Source: a virus. From it: DNA of 64,000 nucleotides. Below the pieces are notes generated by a model, which ran no database searches, was not told the origin of the DNA, and saw only the letters and a list, made by a program, of their open reading frames with translations. Position 1 is the stretch's first letter. Each line of letters opens with the position of its first letter. The stretch covers positions 64,001 through 128,000 of IMG/VR virus record IMGVR_UViG_3300036985_009306. The stretch is one strand, 5' to 3'. Below are positions 47,401 through 57,132 of this stretch, piece by piece. The position numbers and the translations under genes are program-made.

Positions 47401-48693
47401 ATGCAAATCAAGACAGAAGTTATGCCAACACCCATTAAGTATGTTATTATACTTGATGAAAATGAAATTACTGAAAAAAAAGAAAAAACTTATGAGAAAA
47501 TTAAACCTTCAATAACTGTCAATGGTTTTCGTAAAGGTACTGTTCCACAAGATGTCGCTGAAGATAGATTGGGTGTCGAAAAACTTTATAAATCAATAAT
47601 TGATGAAGTATATGTAGAAGTTGCTTCTAATGAACCCATTGTGTCTTCAAAAGATTTTAAGTTTTATGGTGACTTAAAAAAGAAAGTACCATTTACTATA
47701 GAGTTCATTGCTGATGTAAAACCTAAAGTTGTTTTAGCTTCTTTTGATAAGATTGATGTCAAAATGCAATCTGTGAATATTACTGAAGAAGATTTGAAAG
47801 ACGAAATAAATGTAGAATTAAAGAAGAAACAGAAAATTGAAGATTCAACAAAAGAAATTTTAGATAATTTGGATGTTGCTATTATTGATTTTGAAGGAAA
47901 ACTTGAAGGGGAATGTGTTGCATTTAAAGGTGGTGTTGCTAAAGATTATCAAATTACTGTTAATGAGATTGTTAATGGTAGAAAGCAATTTGTAGGTAAT
48001 TTTGAAGATCAATTGGTAGGGATGAAAGTTGGTGAGTCTAAAGAAGTGAAAGTAAAGTTCCCAGAAGATTATAAACAAGAACTAGCAAACAAAAATGCAA
48101 TATTTAATGTTACTTTGAAGGCTATAAAATCTAAAATTATACCACTATATAATGAGTATTTTGTTAAAGAAAAGGGATTCAAATCGATCAAAGAATATGA
48201 AGAAAATTTAAAGAAAACTCTTTTAGAAAATGGAAAAAAGAGAGTATTAGATGATTTTAAAAAAGATGTTATTGTGCAAATTGTGAAATCTTCAGAGATT
48301 TCACCTATACCTGAAGAGATGGTAACAAGAGAAAATGAAAAAGAGTGGAATTCGTTTTTAAAAAGAATGAATAAGTCTGAAGAACAGATGTCTAAAGATC
48401 ATAAACTCACTAAACAGCATTTTTTTCATTCTAATACTTCGAGATCTTTAGACGTGATTAAGATGAGTTTAGTTATAGAGTCTATTTCTAATACTTATAA
48501 TATTGAAGCAACCGAACAAGATATGATACAATATGCTATAAAGAACAATATTTTAAGAGGTAAGACTGAAGAAGAGGTTAGAAAAGAACTTAATGAAAGT
48601 AAACAACGATATGATTTAGTTAAAACAGCAACAAAAAATGAAAAAACTCTTGAGTTTGTGTATGAACATTTTTTGGAATTGTATTGCCAATAG
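47401..48693 (+). CDS. tig: Trigger factor (ribosome-associated chaperone / FKBP-type PPIase)
   Basis: Ribosome-binding signature GFRKGTVP. FKBP domain IDFEG...FKGG...FVGNFEDQLVGMKVGESKEVKVKFPEDY...LANKNAIFNVTLKAIK. 430 aa, full length. Confidence 0.92.
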   Translation: MQIKTEVMPTPIKYVIILDENEITEKKEKTYEKIKPSITVNGFRKGTVPQDVAEDRLGVEKLYKSIIDEVYVEVASNEPIVSSKDFKFYGDLKKKVPFTIEFIADVKPKVVLASFDKIDVKMQSVNITEEDLKDEINVELKKKQKIEDSTKEILDNLDVAIIDFEGKLEGECVAFKGGVAKDYQITVNEIVNGRKQFVGNFEDQLVGMKVGESKEVKVKFPEDYKQELANKNAIFNVTLKAIKSKIIPLYNEYFVKEKGFKSIKEYEENLKKTLLENGKKRVLDDFKKDVIVQIVKSSEISPIPEEMVTRENEKEWNSFLKRMNKSEEQMSKDHKLTKQHFFHSNTSRSLDVIKMSLVIESISNTYNIEATEQDMIQYAIKNNILRGKTEEEVRKELNESKQRYDLVKTATKNEKTLEFVYEHFLELYCQ

Positions 48694-48703
48694 ATGTTGA
48701 AAA

Positions 48704-49483
48704 ATGAGAAATTATCTGACAGTTTCTGCTTCTTCATTATCTACATTTTTTAGATGTTCTCAACAGTATAAGTGGCAATATGTAGATGAACTTGAACCTG
48801 ACGAAGGGGTAATTTCATTACCTACTGTTTTTGGGAAAACTTTTCATAAGGCATTAGAATTACATTTTAAGTTTGGTATCAAATTACCTCAAATTATATC
48901 TTCTTGGAAAATTTTGTTTCTTTCTTTTTGTACGGAAACTGGTTTGATCTTACCTGGCGAATATGAGCTGCAAACATTTATAGATAAAGGATGTAAATAT
49001 CTTGATGATTTTTTTGGAATTGAGAAAAGATGGTCAGACTACAAAATATTAGATATTGAAAAATATTTTAAAATACCTTATAAAAATTCCATTCTTAAAA
49101 ATGTTTTTCTGACAGGAAGAATAGATTTGATTTTGAATAAATTTGTAGAAAAAACTGTTGTATGTCTTGATTGGAAAACTTCAAAATACAAAGAAGCTGA
49201 TGTAGACAAGAACATACAGTTGACTTTTTACATCTATTTTATGCATGAGATATATAGATATAATCTTGATTCTGTTTATGCTGCATTAGTGTACCCTTTT
49301 GATCAAGACATTCTTTTTACTCAACGAACAAAAAAAGATTTGGAAGATTTGTTTGCAAAGATCGATATCATGTTAGAAAGAATAGTGAAATCTGATTTTA
49401 GAAAAGAGCCAAAGCTTAATTTTTCACCTGATGATTGTTTTTTTTGTCAATATCAAAGTACTTGCAAAAAAAGGATGATGTGA
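48704..49483 (+). CDS. PD-(D/E)XK RecB/Cas4-like exonuclease
   Basis: VSASSLSTFFRC, FGKTFH, LTGRIDLI, LDWKT, NIQLTFY, C-terminal CFFCQYQSTC. Confidence 0.85.
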   Translation: MRNYLTVSASSLSTFFRCSQQYKWQYVDELEPDEGVISLPTVFGKTFHKALELHFKFGIKLPQIISSWKILFLSFCTETGLILPGEYELQTFIDKGCKYLDDFFGIEKRWSDYKILDIEKYFKIPYKNSILKNVFLTGRIDLILNKFVEKTVVCLDWKTSKYKEADVDKNIQLTFYIYFMHEIYRYNLDSVYAALVYPFDQDILFTQRTKKDLEDLFAKIDIMLERIVKSDFRKEPKLNFSPDDCFFCQYQSTCKKRMM

Positions 49484-49485
49484 CG

Positions 49486-49764
49486 ATGAAAGTTCTTGAT
49501 GTAAAGAAATGTCCTGAGTGTGGAGTTGTTGTGTGCTTAGAAGATGATTATTACTCTTGTGCCAATTGCAATTGGATAGTGCACAAAGATGTTGCAACAA
49601 AAGTGTGTTTTACTAAATTGGACATGCTTAATTTTGCAAAATTCTATGAAGAAAAATGTTATGCAAATAAAAGTAATAGTGTTACTGAAGAGTTTAATAG
49701 TTGGTTAAAGGGAGCTCAGAAGAAGCAAGAACAGTGCGACGACAAACAGGTATCTAAATCATAA
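49486..49764 (+). CDS. Zn-ribbon hypothetical protein
   Basis: CPECG...CANC. ATG 49486 has AAGGA upstream (ORF track start 49435). Confidence 0.65.
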   Translation: MKVLDVKKCPECGVVVCLEDDYYSCANCNWIVHKDVATKVCFTKLDMLNFAKFYEEKCYANKSNSVTEEFNSWLKGAQKKQEQCDDKQVSKS

Positions 49765-49779
49765 AATAAAGGATAAGAT

Positions 49780-50046
49780 ATGGATGTTACAACAAGGAAC
49801 AGTTTGATTGATGTTGATGGGTTGTGCAGGTATCTAAATGCTGATTTAGAAGAAGGAAAAACAGCGAAATTTATTGATAGACCAGAAAATGGTATGGGAT
49901 TTTGTTGTTGGCCTAGTTTAACATTTTGTATGCATGAGGGAAAATTATATCAATTATACACTATAGGTGGAATAGTTGGGTACGATTCTAGAAGGCCAGC
50001 TAATGAAGATCCAAATAAAATATGGGTTAAGGTAAGAGAGATATGA
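49780..50046 (+). CDS. Hypothetical protein
   Basis: ORF with AAGGA RBS, ATGA-coupled to primase. Confidence 0.65.
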   Translation: MDVTTRNSLIDVDGLCRYLNADLEEGKTAKFIDRPENGMGFCCWPSLTFCMHEGKLYQLYTIGGIVGYDSRRPANEDPNKIWVKVREI

Positions 50047-51158
50047 TAGATGATTACAAAAAACTTTATGATCGGATTTATGCTAAAATAAATTTGGAGA
50101 AAGTCCTTCTCCATTATAACATAGATCATAAATCTTACCATGGTAGAAAAGGTAAGGAATATCTATGTGCCTGTCCATTTCATGATGACTCTACCCCCTC
50201 GTTTTCAATTATAGATAACAATGGAGTATTTAACTGTTTTGTTTGTGGAGGAGGAGATTTCATAAAGTTTATTAAGAATCTAGAAAAATTTAGTTCAACA
50301 AAAGAGACTTTAGAATTTTTAAAGAAACAAGTAGGTTTAGAAGAAACTGTAGACATTTTTTCTATAGTTAAAAATTCGACAAATGTATTTGTTCAAAATA
50401 ATAAAGAAGAAGTAAAAAATGAAGACGAAGAATTTAAAGAAATAGCATTGCCAAAGAGTGAACCAGCAGAAAATTACTTTGATATTGTTAAAAAAAGGGT
50501 GACTTTGGAGGATATTAAAAAATATGGAATGAGATATTGTATTGATGATCGTATTTTTCATGATAGATTGATTATTCCTGTTTATATTCATGGAAAGTTA
50601 GTCACATTTGCAGCTCGTGATATGTCAGGAAAGGCTGAAATATGGTCAAAAGTTAAGAACATACTTAAACAAAAGAAGTTATCAAAACTAGATAAACAAA
50701 AGTTTATAGACAAATTTTTGTATAAAAAAATATTATATCCTTATGGTACACCAATGTCAAAATTGTTTTTTAATTGGGATGAAGCTATTAAACAAAAGGA
50801 AGTAGTAATTTGTGAGGGTATTTTTGATGCATTAAGGATAATGCAATTTGGTTATAATGCACTGGCTTTATTAAGTTGTCATTTAAATCTTTATAAATCT
50901 AAAGTCCTTATGCAAAATTTTGAAAAAATATATATAGCTTTGGATAATGATGATAAAATAGATATAGATGGAAAAAGGATAAATCCAGGTCAGGATGCCG
51001 CACAAAAGATCATGAAAGAATTTTTGACAGACATACAGGTTTTTAATCTTGTTTTACCTTTTGGTAACGATCCAGATGATTGCTCTAAAAATGAGTTTGA
51101 TCAAGCATTTAATGATTCAAAAAAAATGCAAAATATATTTACATTAGCATTGCAATGA
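50043..51158 (+). CDS. dnaG: DNA primase (CHC2 Zn finger plus Toprim)
   Basis: CPFHDDSTPSF...CFVC, ICEGIFDA, LDND, DPDD. Confidence 0.9.
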   Translation: MIDDYKKLYDRIYAKINLEKVLLHYNIDHKSYHGRKGKEYLCACPFHDDSTPSFSIIDNNGVFNCFVCGGGDFIKFIKNLEKFSSTKETLEFLKKQVGLEETVDIFSIVKNSTNVFVQNNKEEVKNEDEEFKEIALPKSEPAENYFDIVKKRVTLEDIKKYGMRYCIDDRIFHDRLIIPVYIHGKLVTFAARDMSGKAEIWSKVKNILKQKKLSKLDKQKFIDKFLYKKILYPYGTPMSKLFFNWDEAIKQKEVVICEGIFDALRIMQFGYNALALLSCHLNLYKSKVLMQNFEKIYIALDNDDKIDIDGKRINPGQDAAQKIMKEFLTDIQVFNLVLPFGNDPDDCSKNEFDQAFNDSKKMQNIFTLALQ

Positions 51159-51391
51159 TATATTATTAAATTCATAGTATTTAAAAAACATATGAGAATG
51201 TTATGAAATGGAGCATTGTATGAAACATCAGTATTTCTTTTTTAAAACACATAAGTCCAACATCAATCCTCTATTGTACCATATTTACTATTCCTATATG
51301 ATGTTGTTGTAGTCCTCATTCTTGGTAAAAAATAATTTACTGAGAATTACTAGTTCTGTTTATTTAATCACTAGTTATTTAGGAGGACATT

Positions 51392-52582
51392 ATGAAGCTT
51401 TCGGAAAAATTTTTTTCATTATTACCTTCCAATATATCTCATCAAACAACAAAGTTTTTTACTGTTTTTTCTGATCCTTCAGATAAGAAGGCTTATTTTT
51501 CAGGTAAACGTGTCCAATTACTTGAATATGATGAAGCTTTTGGTGAAGGTTTTATGCGGATAACTGAAGAAGAAGCAAGAAAAAAACATGTCGGTAAAAT
51601 AAGGTGTTTGGGTATAGTATCTGATGAATATAGATTGTTAGTTGCTTTTTCAAAGTATTTTAAGTTTGATACTCCTCTTGCTTATGCACTTCCTCAATCT
51701 ATAAAAGTTAAAAAGAGTAGAATTGTTTTAAAAGTTCATAGATTAGAATTGAAGATAGATCAACAACCTTCTGATAGAGATGAAAAAGATTTGATTATAG
51801 CTTATAGAAAAACTGAAGATCAGAAAGAAAAAAATAGATTGTTTAATGTTATTCTTTTTCAAAGAGGAGTAAATGGAAAAACTTGGCATCAAATAATCAA
51901 AAATTATGTTTCCTATAATAGACATAAATTTGTCAATCTTCTGGATAGAACTGAGGACGATTTTTATCAGGATATAGTGATAGCGGTTCAAAAGCAAATT
52001 GCTAAATGGTTTGATCCTAATAAACATTGTTGTTTTTCTACTTATGCTTGGTATGTTATTAATTGTGCATTTCATAGAGTCTTGCAACAACTTTCTACAC
52101 AAAAACGAAAAGTTTCTTCTAATAATGTTGATTTAGATGACCAAGATTCAACCTGGAATGAAACAATTTCTGCTGAAAAAACTTTAATGCCTCAACAAAC
52201 AAGTTTTGAAAATGAGTTTGAACAAAAGAATTTGTGTTCTCAAATTATGAAAATGTTTGAACTTAAAGAAATCAATGCACCTGACAGTTTAAAACAGGAT
52301 TTGTTGAAGATAATTAAAGAAAAATCTACAATGCAAAATTCTTTATATACTTTAGCCAAAAAATACAACATGGAATCTAATGAGATTTTTAAGATTGAAA
52401 TGACTCTTAGAGAAAATTTGAAAAATGCTATGTATAATGATATAATTTTAAATATGCAATATGATATAAATGCTGATGAAGAAATTGCAAAAAAATATAG
52501 AAGATCAAAAGGTCATGTCATAAAGATGAAGAGACAATTAAGTACTATTGTAAAGAAAAAATTGAAAGGTGTTGAAGCATAA
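51392..52582 (+). CDS. Phage RNA polymerase sigma factor-like protein with N-terminal extension
   Basis: Region-2-like DDFYQDIVIAV...WFDPNK..FSTYAWYVINCAF. C-terminal HTH-like EEIAKKYRRSKGHV. AGGAGG RBS. Confidence 0.7.
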   Translation: MKLSEKFFSLLPSNISHQTTKFFTVFSDPSDKKAYFSGKRVQLLEYDEAFGEGFMRITEEEARKKHVGKIRCLGIVSDEYRLLVAFSKYFKFDTPLAYALPQSIKVKKSRIVLKVHRLELKIDQQPSDRDEKDLIIAYRKTEDQKEKNRLFNVILFQRGVNGKTWHQIIKNYVSYNRHKFVNLLDRTEDDFYQDIVIAVQKQIAKWFDPNKHCCFSTYAWYVINCAFHRVLQQLSTQKRKVSSNNVDLDDQDSTWNETISAEKTLMPQQTSFENEFEQKNLCSQIMKMFELKEINAPDSLKQDLLKIIKEKSTMQNSLYTLAKKYNMESNEIFKIEMTLRENLKNAMYNDIILNMQYDINADEEIAKKYRRSKGHVIKMKRQLSTIVKKKLKGVEA

Positions 52583-53043
52583 TGAAAAGATTAGGTTGGT
52601 ACATTTTATTAGCAAAACAAGGTTTTGAGAATTCAATAAAAGAAGATATTCATATTTGTAAAGAAGAATTTTCAATTGAGGACATTTTAGTTTCTGAAGA
52701 ACTTTCAGGTTATGTTTTTATTCGTTCTATTGAAATTTCTAATGATTGTCTTCATTTTTTATTGAGTATCAATGGTGTTGTAAAATTTCTTGGCAAAAAA
52801 CATGAGAATGGAAAAACTTTACTTCAAAAATTTAGCAATAGTGAAATAGACAAACTAAGACTTCAACCCAAAAAGAATATGAGAGAAGTTTTTCAAATTG
52901 GAGATCAAATAATCATCAAACGAGGAGATTTAGCTGATATTGAAGGCAGGATTATCGAAATAAAAAAGAGAATAGTCAAAATTCAACCTACAATATTTCA
53001 TAAAGTCGTAAGAGCAAGAATCCAAGATATAGAGTTCATATGA
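52582..53043 (+). CDS. nusG: NusG-family transcription factor
   Basis: N-terminal WYIL, SGYVFIR, GVVKFLG. KOW motif FQIGDQIIIKRGDLADIEGRI. Confidence 0.85.
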   Translation: MKRLGWYILLAKQGFENSIKEDIHICKEEFSIEDILVSEELSGYVFIRSIEISNDCLHFLLSINGVVKFLGKKHENGKTLLQKFSNSEIDKLRLQPKKNMREVFQIGDQIIIKRGDLADIEGRIIEIKKRIVKIQPTIFHKVVRARIQDIEFI

Positions 53044-54593
53044 ATATTTTGGACGCATTCTTGCATAAATCTTTCAGGCCTTATCAAAAAGAAACAATTC
53101 TAGACATCCAACAGAGTTTTGATAATGGAATAGAAAATGTAGTTCTAGAAAGTCCTACGGGTTCAGGAAAAAGTGCAATTGCTATTTGTTTAGGATTATA
53201 TTATCAATCTTCATTTTTATTGACATCTCAAAAAATACTTCAAGATCAATATATACAAGACTATAGTTCAAATAGAGTATGTGTTCTTAAAGGAAGGAAC
53301 AATTATCCTTGTAAACTTATTCCTGATTTTACTTGTGAAGATTCTTATTGTTCTACAAAACAATGTCCTATTAAACTGGAATGTTGTTATGAAATTGCCA
53401 AACAAAAAGCTGTTGAAGCTTATGTTGCATTAATGAATTATAAATACTTTTTGTGTATTACAAACTATACAGGAACTTTTTCTCCAAGGAAGTTATTAAT
53501 CTGTGATGAAGGACATAGTCTAGATGATGAAATTTTGTCATTTGTCGAGTTTAGTTTTTCTTCTTTTTATTTGTCGAAATTGGGAGTTACATCTAAAATT
53601 CCAGTTTATGAAAAATTAGAGGACTATATAGTTTGGTTAGAAATGCTTTGTCAAAAAATTAAGCATAGAAAACAGATTGTACAAGAAAAATTAAAGAATA
53701 AATTTTTAGATGTAACAGTTATATCAGATTTGCAAAGAGAATTAGAGAGTTTGATAACACAAGAGGAAAGAGTTAAAGAATTTTTACAAAGCAATAAGAG
53801 CGTAGAATGGATTTTTGATATAACTATAAATGAAAAATTGAAGTCAAAGTCCATTATTTTTAAGCCTCTAACAGTAGGTTATTTTGCACAAAAATTGATT
53901 TTCAAACATGCTGAAAATAAACTGTTTATGTCTGCTACTATTCTTGATAATGAAAATTTTTGTAAGAATTTGGGAATAGATCTGACAAAAACAAAGTTCA
54001 TAAGAGTTCCTTCAACTTTTTCTAAAGACATACGTCCTATAATATTGACTCGATCAGGTAATCTTGGAAAGAATGATTTAGATGCAAGTTTACCAAATAT
54101 TGTTAAAGATGTAGGCAGAATATTAGATTTTCATGAAGGACAGAAGGGGCTGATTCATTGTCATACTTACCGAATAGCAAATTATATTCAAGACAACATA
54201 GATCCAAAATTTAAGGATAGAATCCTTCTTCATAATAGTGATACAAGAGAAGAGATTCTTAAGTTATTTATTTCTTCTATAGAACCCAAAGTTTTAGTAA
54301 CACCTTCGATGACAGAGGGAATAGATCTTAAAGATGATTTAGCTCGGTTCGTCGTTATAGTGAAATTGCCATTCTTGTTTTTGGGTGATAAACAAATTAA
54401 GAAAAGAATGGAAATGGACCAAGAATGGTATAGATGGAAAACAGCACTTACATTAGTTCAAGCCGCAGGACGTGGTGTGAGACATGACAAGGATTTTTGT
54501 ACTATTTATGTAATGGACAGCCAATTTAATTTTTTCTTGAAGAATAATATGAAATTTTTTCCTAATTACTTTGTTGATGCGATTAAAAATTAA
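53040..54593 (+). CDS. dinG: DinG/XPD-family helicase
   Basis: FRPYQ, SPTGSGKS, LKGRNNYPC with Cys cluster, CDEGH, MSAT, EGIDL, QAAGRGVRH. Confidence 0.85.
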   Translation: MNILDAFLHKSFRPYQKETILDIQQSFDNGIENVVLESPTGSGKSAIAICLGLYYQSSFLLTSQKILQDQYIQDYSSNRVCVLKGRNNYPCKLIPDFTCEDSYCSTKQCPIKLECCYEIAKQKAVEAYVALMNYKYFLCITNYTGTFSPRKLLICDEGHSLDDEILSFVEFSFSSFYLSKLGVTSKIPVYEKLEDYIVWLEMLCQKIKHRKQIVQEKLKNKFLDVTVISDLQRELESLITQEERVKEFLQSNKSVEWIFDITINEKLKSKSIIFKPLTVGYFAQKLIFKHAENKLFMSATILDNENFCKNLGIDLTKTKFIRVPSTFSKDIRPIILTRSGNLGKNDLDASLPNIVKDVGRILDFHEGQKGLIHCHTYRIANYIQDNIDPKFKDRILLHNSDTREEILKLFISSIEPKVLVTPSMTEGIDLKDDLARFVVIVKLPFLFLGDKQIKKRMEMDQEWYRWKTALTLVQAAGRGVRHDKDFCTIYVMDSQFNFFLKNNMKFFPNYFVDAIKN

Positions 54594-54841
54594 TATAGAA
54601 ATTAGACATGGACATTAAAGAAATAGAAGATCATGAAAACAGAAGAAAACTAGTAAATTAGGATCAGCATTTGAATCCGTAAACCAACCATCCGGTCGGC
54701 GCTCTATGGCAATTATTCATTAATGTGGTTTGCTCTTGGTTTGATGCTTGGTGGAATTTACGAGAAGCGCCGTTGTAAGAAATTCGCCCGTTTTTGGAGA
54801 GAGCACAATACTGAAAAAGGTTTTATGAAAGATTAAGAAAG

Positions 54842-55765
54842 ATGGTAGTAATTATAGATGGAAATCAACTTGCTTGTAGATGTTATTTTTCGATAATTAC
54901 GAAAAATGGTCATAGAAATATTTTAACATCAAAAACAGGGCAAAGAACTGAAACAATTTATAGTTTTTTGGCTTCTTTTAGGAAAATTATTAGAACATAC
55001 AAAGAGCAAGACACTACATTCTTTCTTACTTGGGATGGAGGAAATGATAGAAGAAAATCTATCTATCCTCAATATAAAGCCGGAAGAAAACCATTTGAAG
55101 ATGAGTTTTATGAACAATTAGAACAAATTAGAGGTATAGTAAAACTTCTTGGAATAAAACAGTATCATTTTCTAGCTGTTGAAGCTGACGATCTAATAGG
55201 TACTCTTACATATAAGTCAAGAAAAAAAGGCAAGAAAGTTTTAATAATTAGTTCTGATCATGATTTTGAACAACTTATATCAAGACATGTAAAAGTTCTT
55301 CACCCATTAGCAAATGACTTAATAAAAGATGAAAAATTTGTTTTAGATAATTATGGAGTAAGGCCTGATAGGTTGATAGAGGTGATGGCTCTTACAGGTG
55401 ACACGACAGATAATATTCCAGGAATTGACGGTGTAGGTGATAAAACAGCTTCAAAATTGATTTTAGCAAATGGTTCGCTTGCTTACTTATTAAATAATAC
55501 AGATAATATTTGCATTTTAAATAGAAAAGGACAATCTGTTCTTGTAAAGCCTGAATTACAACAAAAAATAAAGAATAATATAGAAAACATAAAAATTGCG
55601 TATCAATTAGTGAAAATTAATTGTGACTTGGATATAGAGCCAGATTTTTCAAAGCAGCCTGTAGATTTGAATTCAGTATTGGAAAAATTTAAAGAATTAG
55701 ATTTTGAGCAGTTTAAAGATGATTTCAAAAAGTGGGAAGACTGTTTTAGCGATTGCTCAAGATGA
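54842..55765 (+). CDS. 5'-3' exonuclease / flap endonuclease (Pol I N-terminal, T4 RNase H-like)
   Basis: IIDGN, YPQYKAGRK, EADDLIG, SSDHDF, GDTTDNIPGIDGVGDKTA (H3TH). Confidence 0.9.
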   Translation: MVVIIDGNQLACRCYFSIITKNGHRNILTSKTGQRTETIYSFLASFRKIIRTYKEQDTTFFLTWDGGNDRRKSIYPQYKAGRKPFEDEFYEQLEQIRGIVKLLGIKQYHFLAVEADDLIGTLTYKSRKKGKKVLIISSDHDFEQLISRHVKVLHPLANDLIKDEKFVLDNYGVRPDRLIEVMALTGDTTDNIPGIDGVGDKTASKLILANGSLAYLLNNTDNICILNRKGQSVLVKPELQQKIKNNIENIKIAYQLVKINCDLDIEPDFSKQPVDLNSVLEKFKELDFEQFKDDFKKWEDCFSDCSR

Positions 55766-56465
55766 AGCTGTTCTTTTTATGCATGAAAAGACAGGTTTGG
55801 GAAATAGATTTTTACGTTTAATTATTGAGATTTTTATTATTATAATTAAAAGAATTTTAATAGAACAAGGTGAACTTTATATTTTGGGTTTTGGAAAATT
55901 TAGATTAAAGATTTACAGATATAAAGAAAGAATTGATAGTTACAATGTATTTTTTTCAGCTTGTGATGATTTTAAAGAAATAATGAAGGGACAAAGAAAA
56001 ATAAAAATGATACCAAAACAAGCTTTTATTTTGAAAAAAAAATTCATTGAAGTTGCCAGAATGTTGGGTGTCAGTTATGAAGATGTGAAATACTTGTTTT
56101 CTTTATATATTTATTGCATAATAGTTTACTTGCTGAAGTACAATGAATATAAATTACCTAAGTTTGGGTGGTTTAAAATAATTGACAAGCCTTATCTTAA
56201 ACTTTCAGGACTTTCAAAGAAATTTAATAGTGAAGTCAATACAAGGCAAGTTGTTTTTAAATTAACACCTTTGGGTGTTAGAGAAATAAACAGATGGAAA
56301 AGATCTATAAGTGCTTGTAAAAGATTAAAGAGAATGTTTTATTTTTCAAAAATTGATAGAACTATTAAATCTAGACCACGTTTAATAAAAGATAATGATG
56401 TGCCTAAAGCAAAATTTTTTTATGATTATTATTATTCACAAATAAATAAAAATTCGACAATATGA
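55704..56465 (+). CDS. Tandem HU/IHF-like DNA-binding protein
   Basis: Two units resembling the HU fold: GELYILGFGKFRL...VFFSA and NEYKLPKFGWFKI...VVFKL. Start uncertain. Confidence 0.55.
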   Translation: MSSLKMISKSGKTVLAIAQDEAVLFMHEKTGLGNRFLRLIIEIFIIIIKRILIEQGELYILGFGKFRLKIYRYKERIDSYNVFFSACDDFKEIMKGQRKIKMIPKQAFILKKKFIEVARMLGVSYEDVKYLFSLYIYCIIVYLLKYNEYKLPKFGWFKIIDKPYLKLSGLSKKFNSEVNTRQVVFKLTPLGVREINRWKRSISACKRLKRMFYFSKIDRTIKSRPRLIKDNDVPKAKFFYDYYYSQINKNSTI

Positions 56466-57052
56466 TTACAAGAAAACAAAATGATGAAAAAGAGTTTTTC
56501 ATCAAAGTTTCTATAAAGATAGGTGACAAATTAATTGAACAAGATTTAGAAGAATCATTTTCTATACCTACTTCGGACAAATTGACTCTTCCATTAGTTC
56601 TTAAAATGTTAGCAGAGAACCCTGTTCTTCATGCAAGATGGAATATATTGTATAATGAATCTGTGTATGAATTTGATATTCTAAAAACGAGATTTGAAGT
56701 TTGGCTTTCAAAAAAATCAACTGAATATAGAAAGGAGATAGAAAAAGTTTCAAAAGGTAGAGTTACAGATAAAATGGTAGAAGAAATGTTAAAAATGGAT
56801 CCAGAATATGAGAAAATTTCTAATGAGCTTTCTTTAGCAAAGAAAAATATGAAACATATATTTGTTTTATCAAATGGTTTTGGAGAAAAAGGTGATAAAA
56901 TTGTAAATATTGCTTCATTATTAAAGTGGGAAGCTGAAAATCTTGGAGGTAAGGGATTTATTGAAAAGAAACAATATCATCATATTCAAAGAAATTTTGA
57001 AGATAAAAAAACAGCTTCAGATCCAAACGTAAATGATGGGTGGCCATCTTGA
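56462..57052 (+). CDS. uvsY: UvsY-like recombination mediator
   Basis: FEVWLSKKSTEYRK...TDKMVEEMLKMDPEYEKI helical pattern, located upstream of SSB and RecA. Confidence 0.55.
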   Translation: MITRKQNDEKEFFIKVSIKIGDKLIEQDLEESFSIPTSDKLTLPLVLKMLAENPVLHARWNILYNESVYEFDILKTRFEVWLSKKSTEYRKEIEKVSKGRVTDKMVEEMLKMDPEYEKISNELSLAKKNMKHIFVLSNGFGEKGDKIVNIASLLKWEAENLGGKGFIEKKQYHHIQRNFEDKKTASDPNVNDGWPS

Positions 57053-57132
57053 TATAAATGACAAGTAAGAAACATTAAAGTATATAAATAAAATAATAGA
57101 TTTACTAAAACTTTAAAAAAATGGAGGATGAC

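Noticed and set aside
48704-49483. Cas4 as part of a CRISPR-Cas system
   Set aside because: No cas1/cas2 or array in the window. Stand-alone Cas4-like nucleases are common in phage replication modules.
53040-53057. MNIL start of the DinG helicase as a third MNILNFVLRE leader
   Set aside because: Only four residues match (MNILDAF), consistent with chance.
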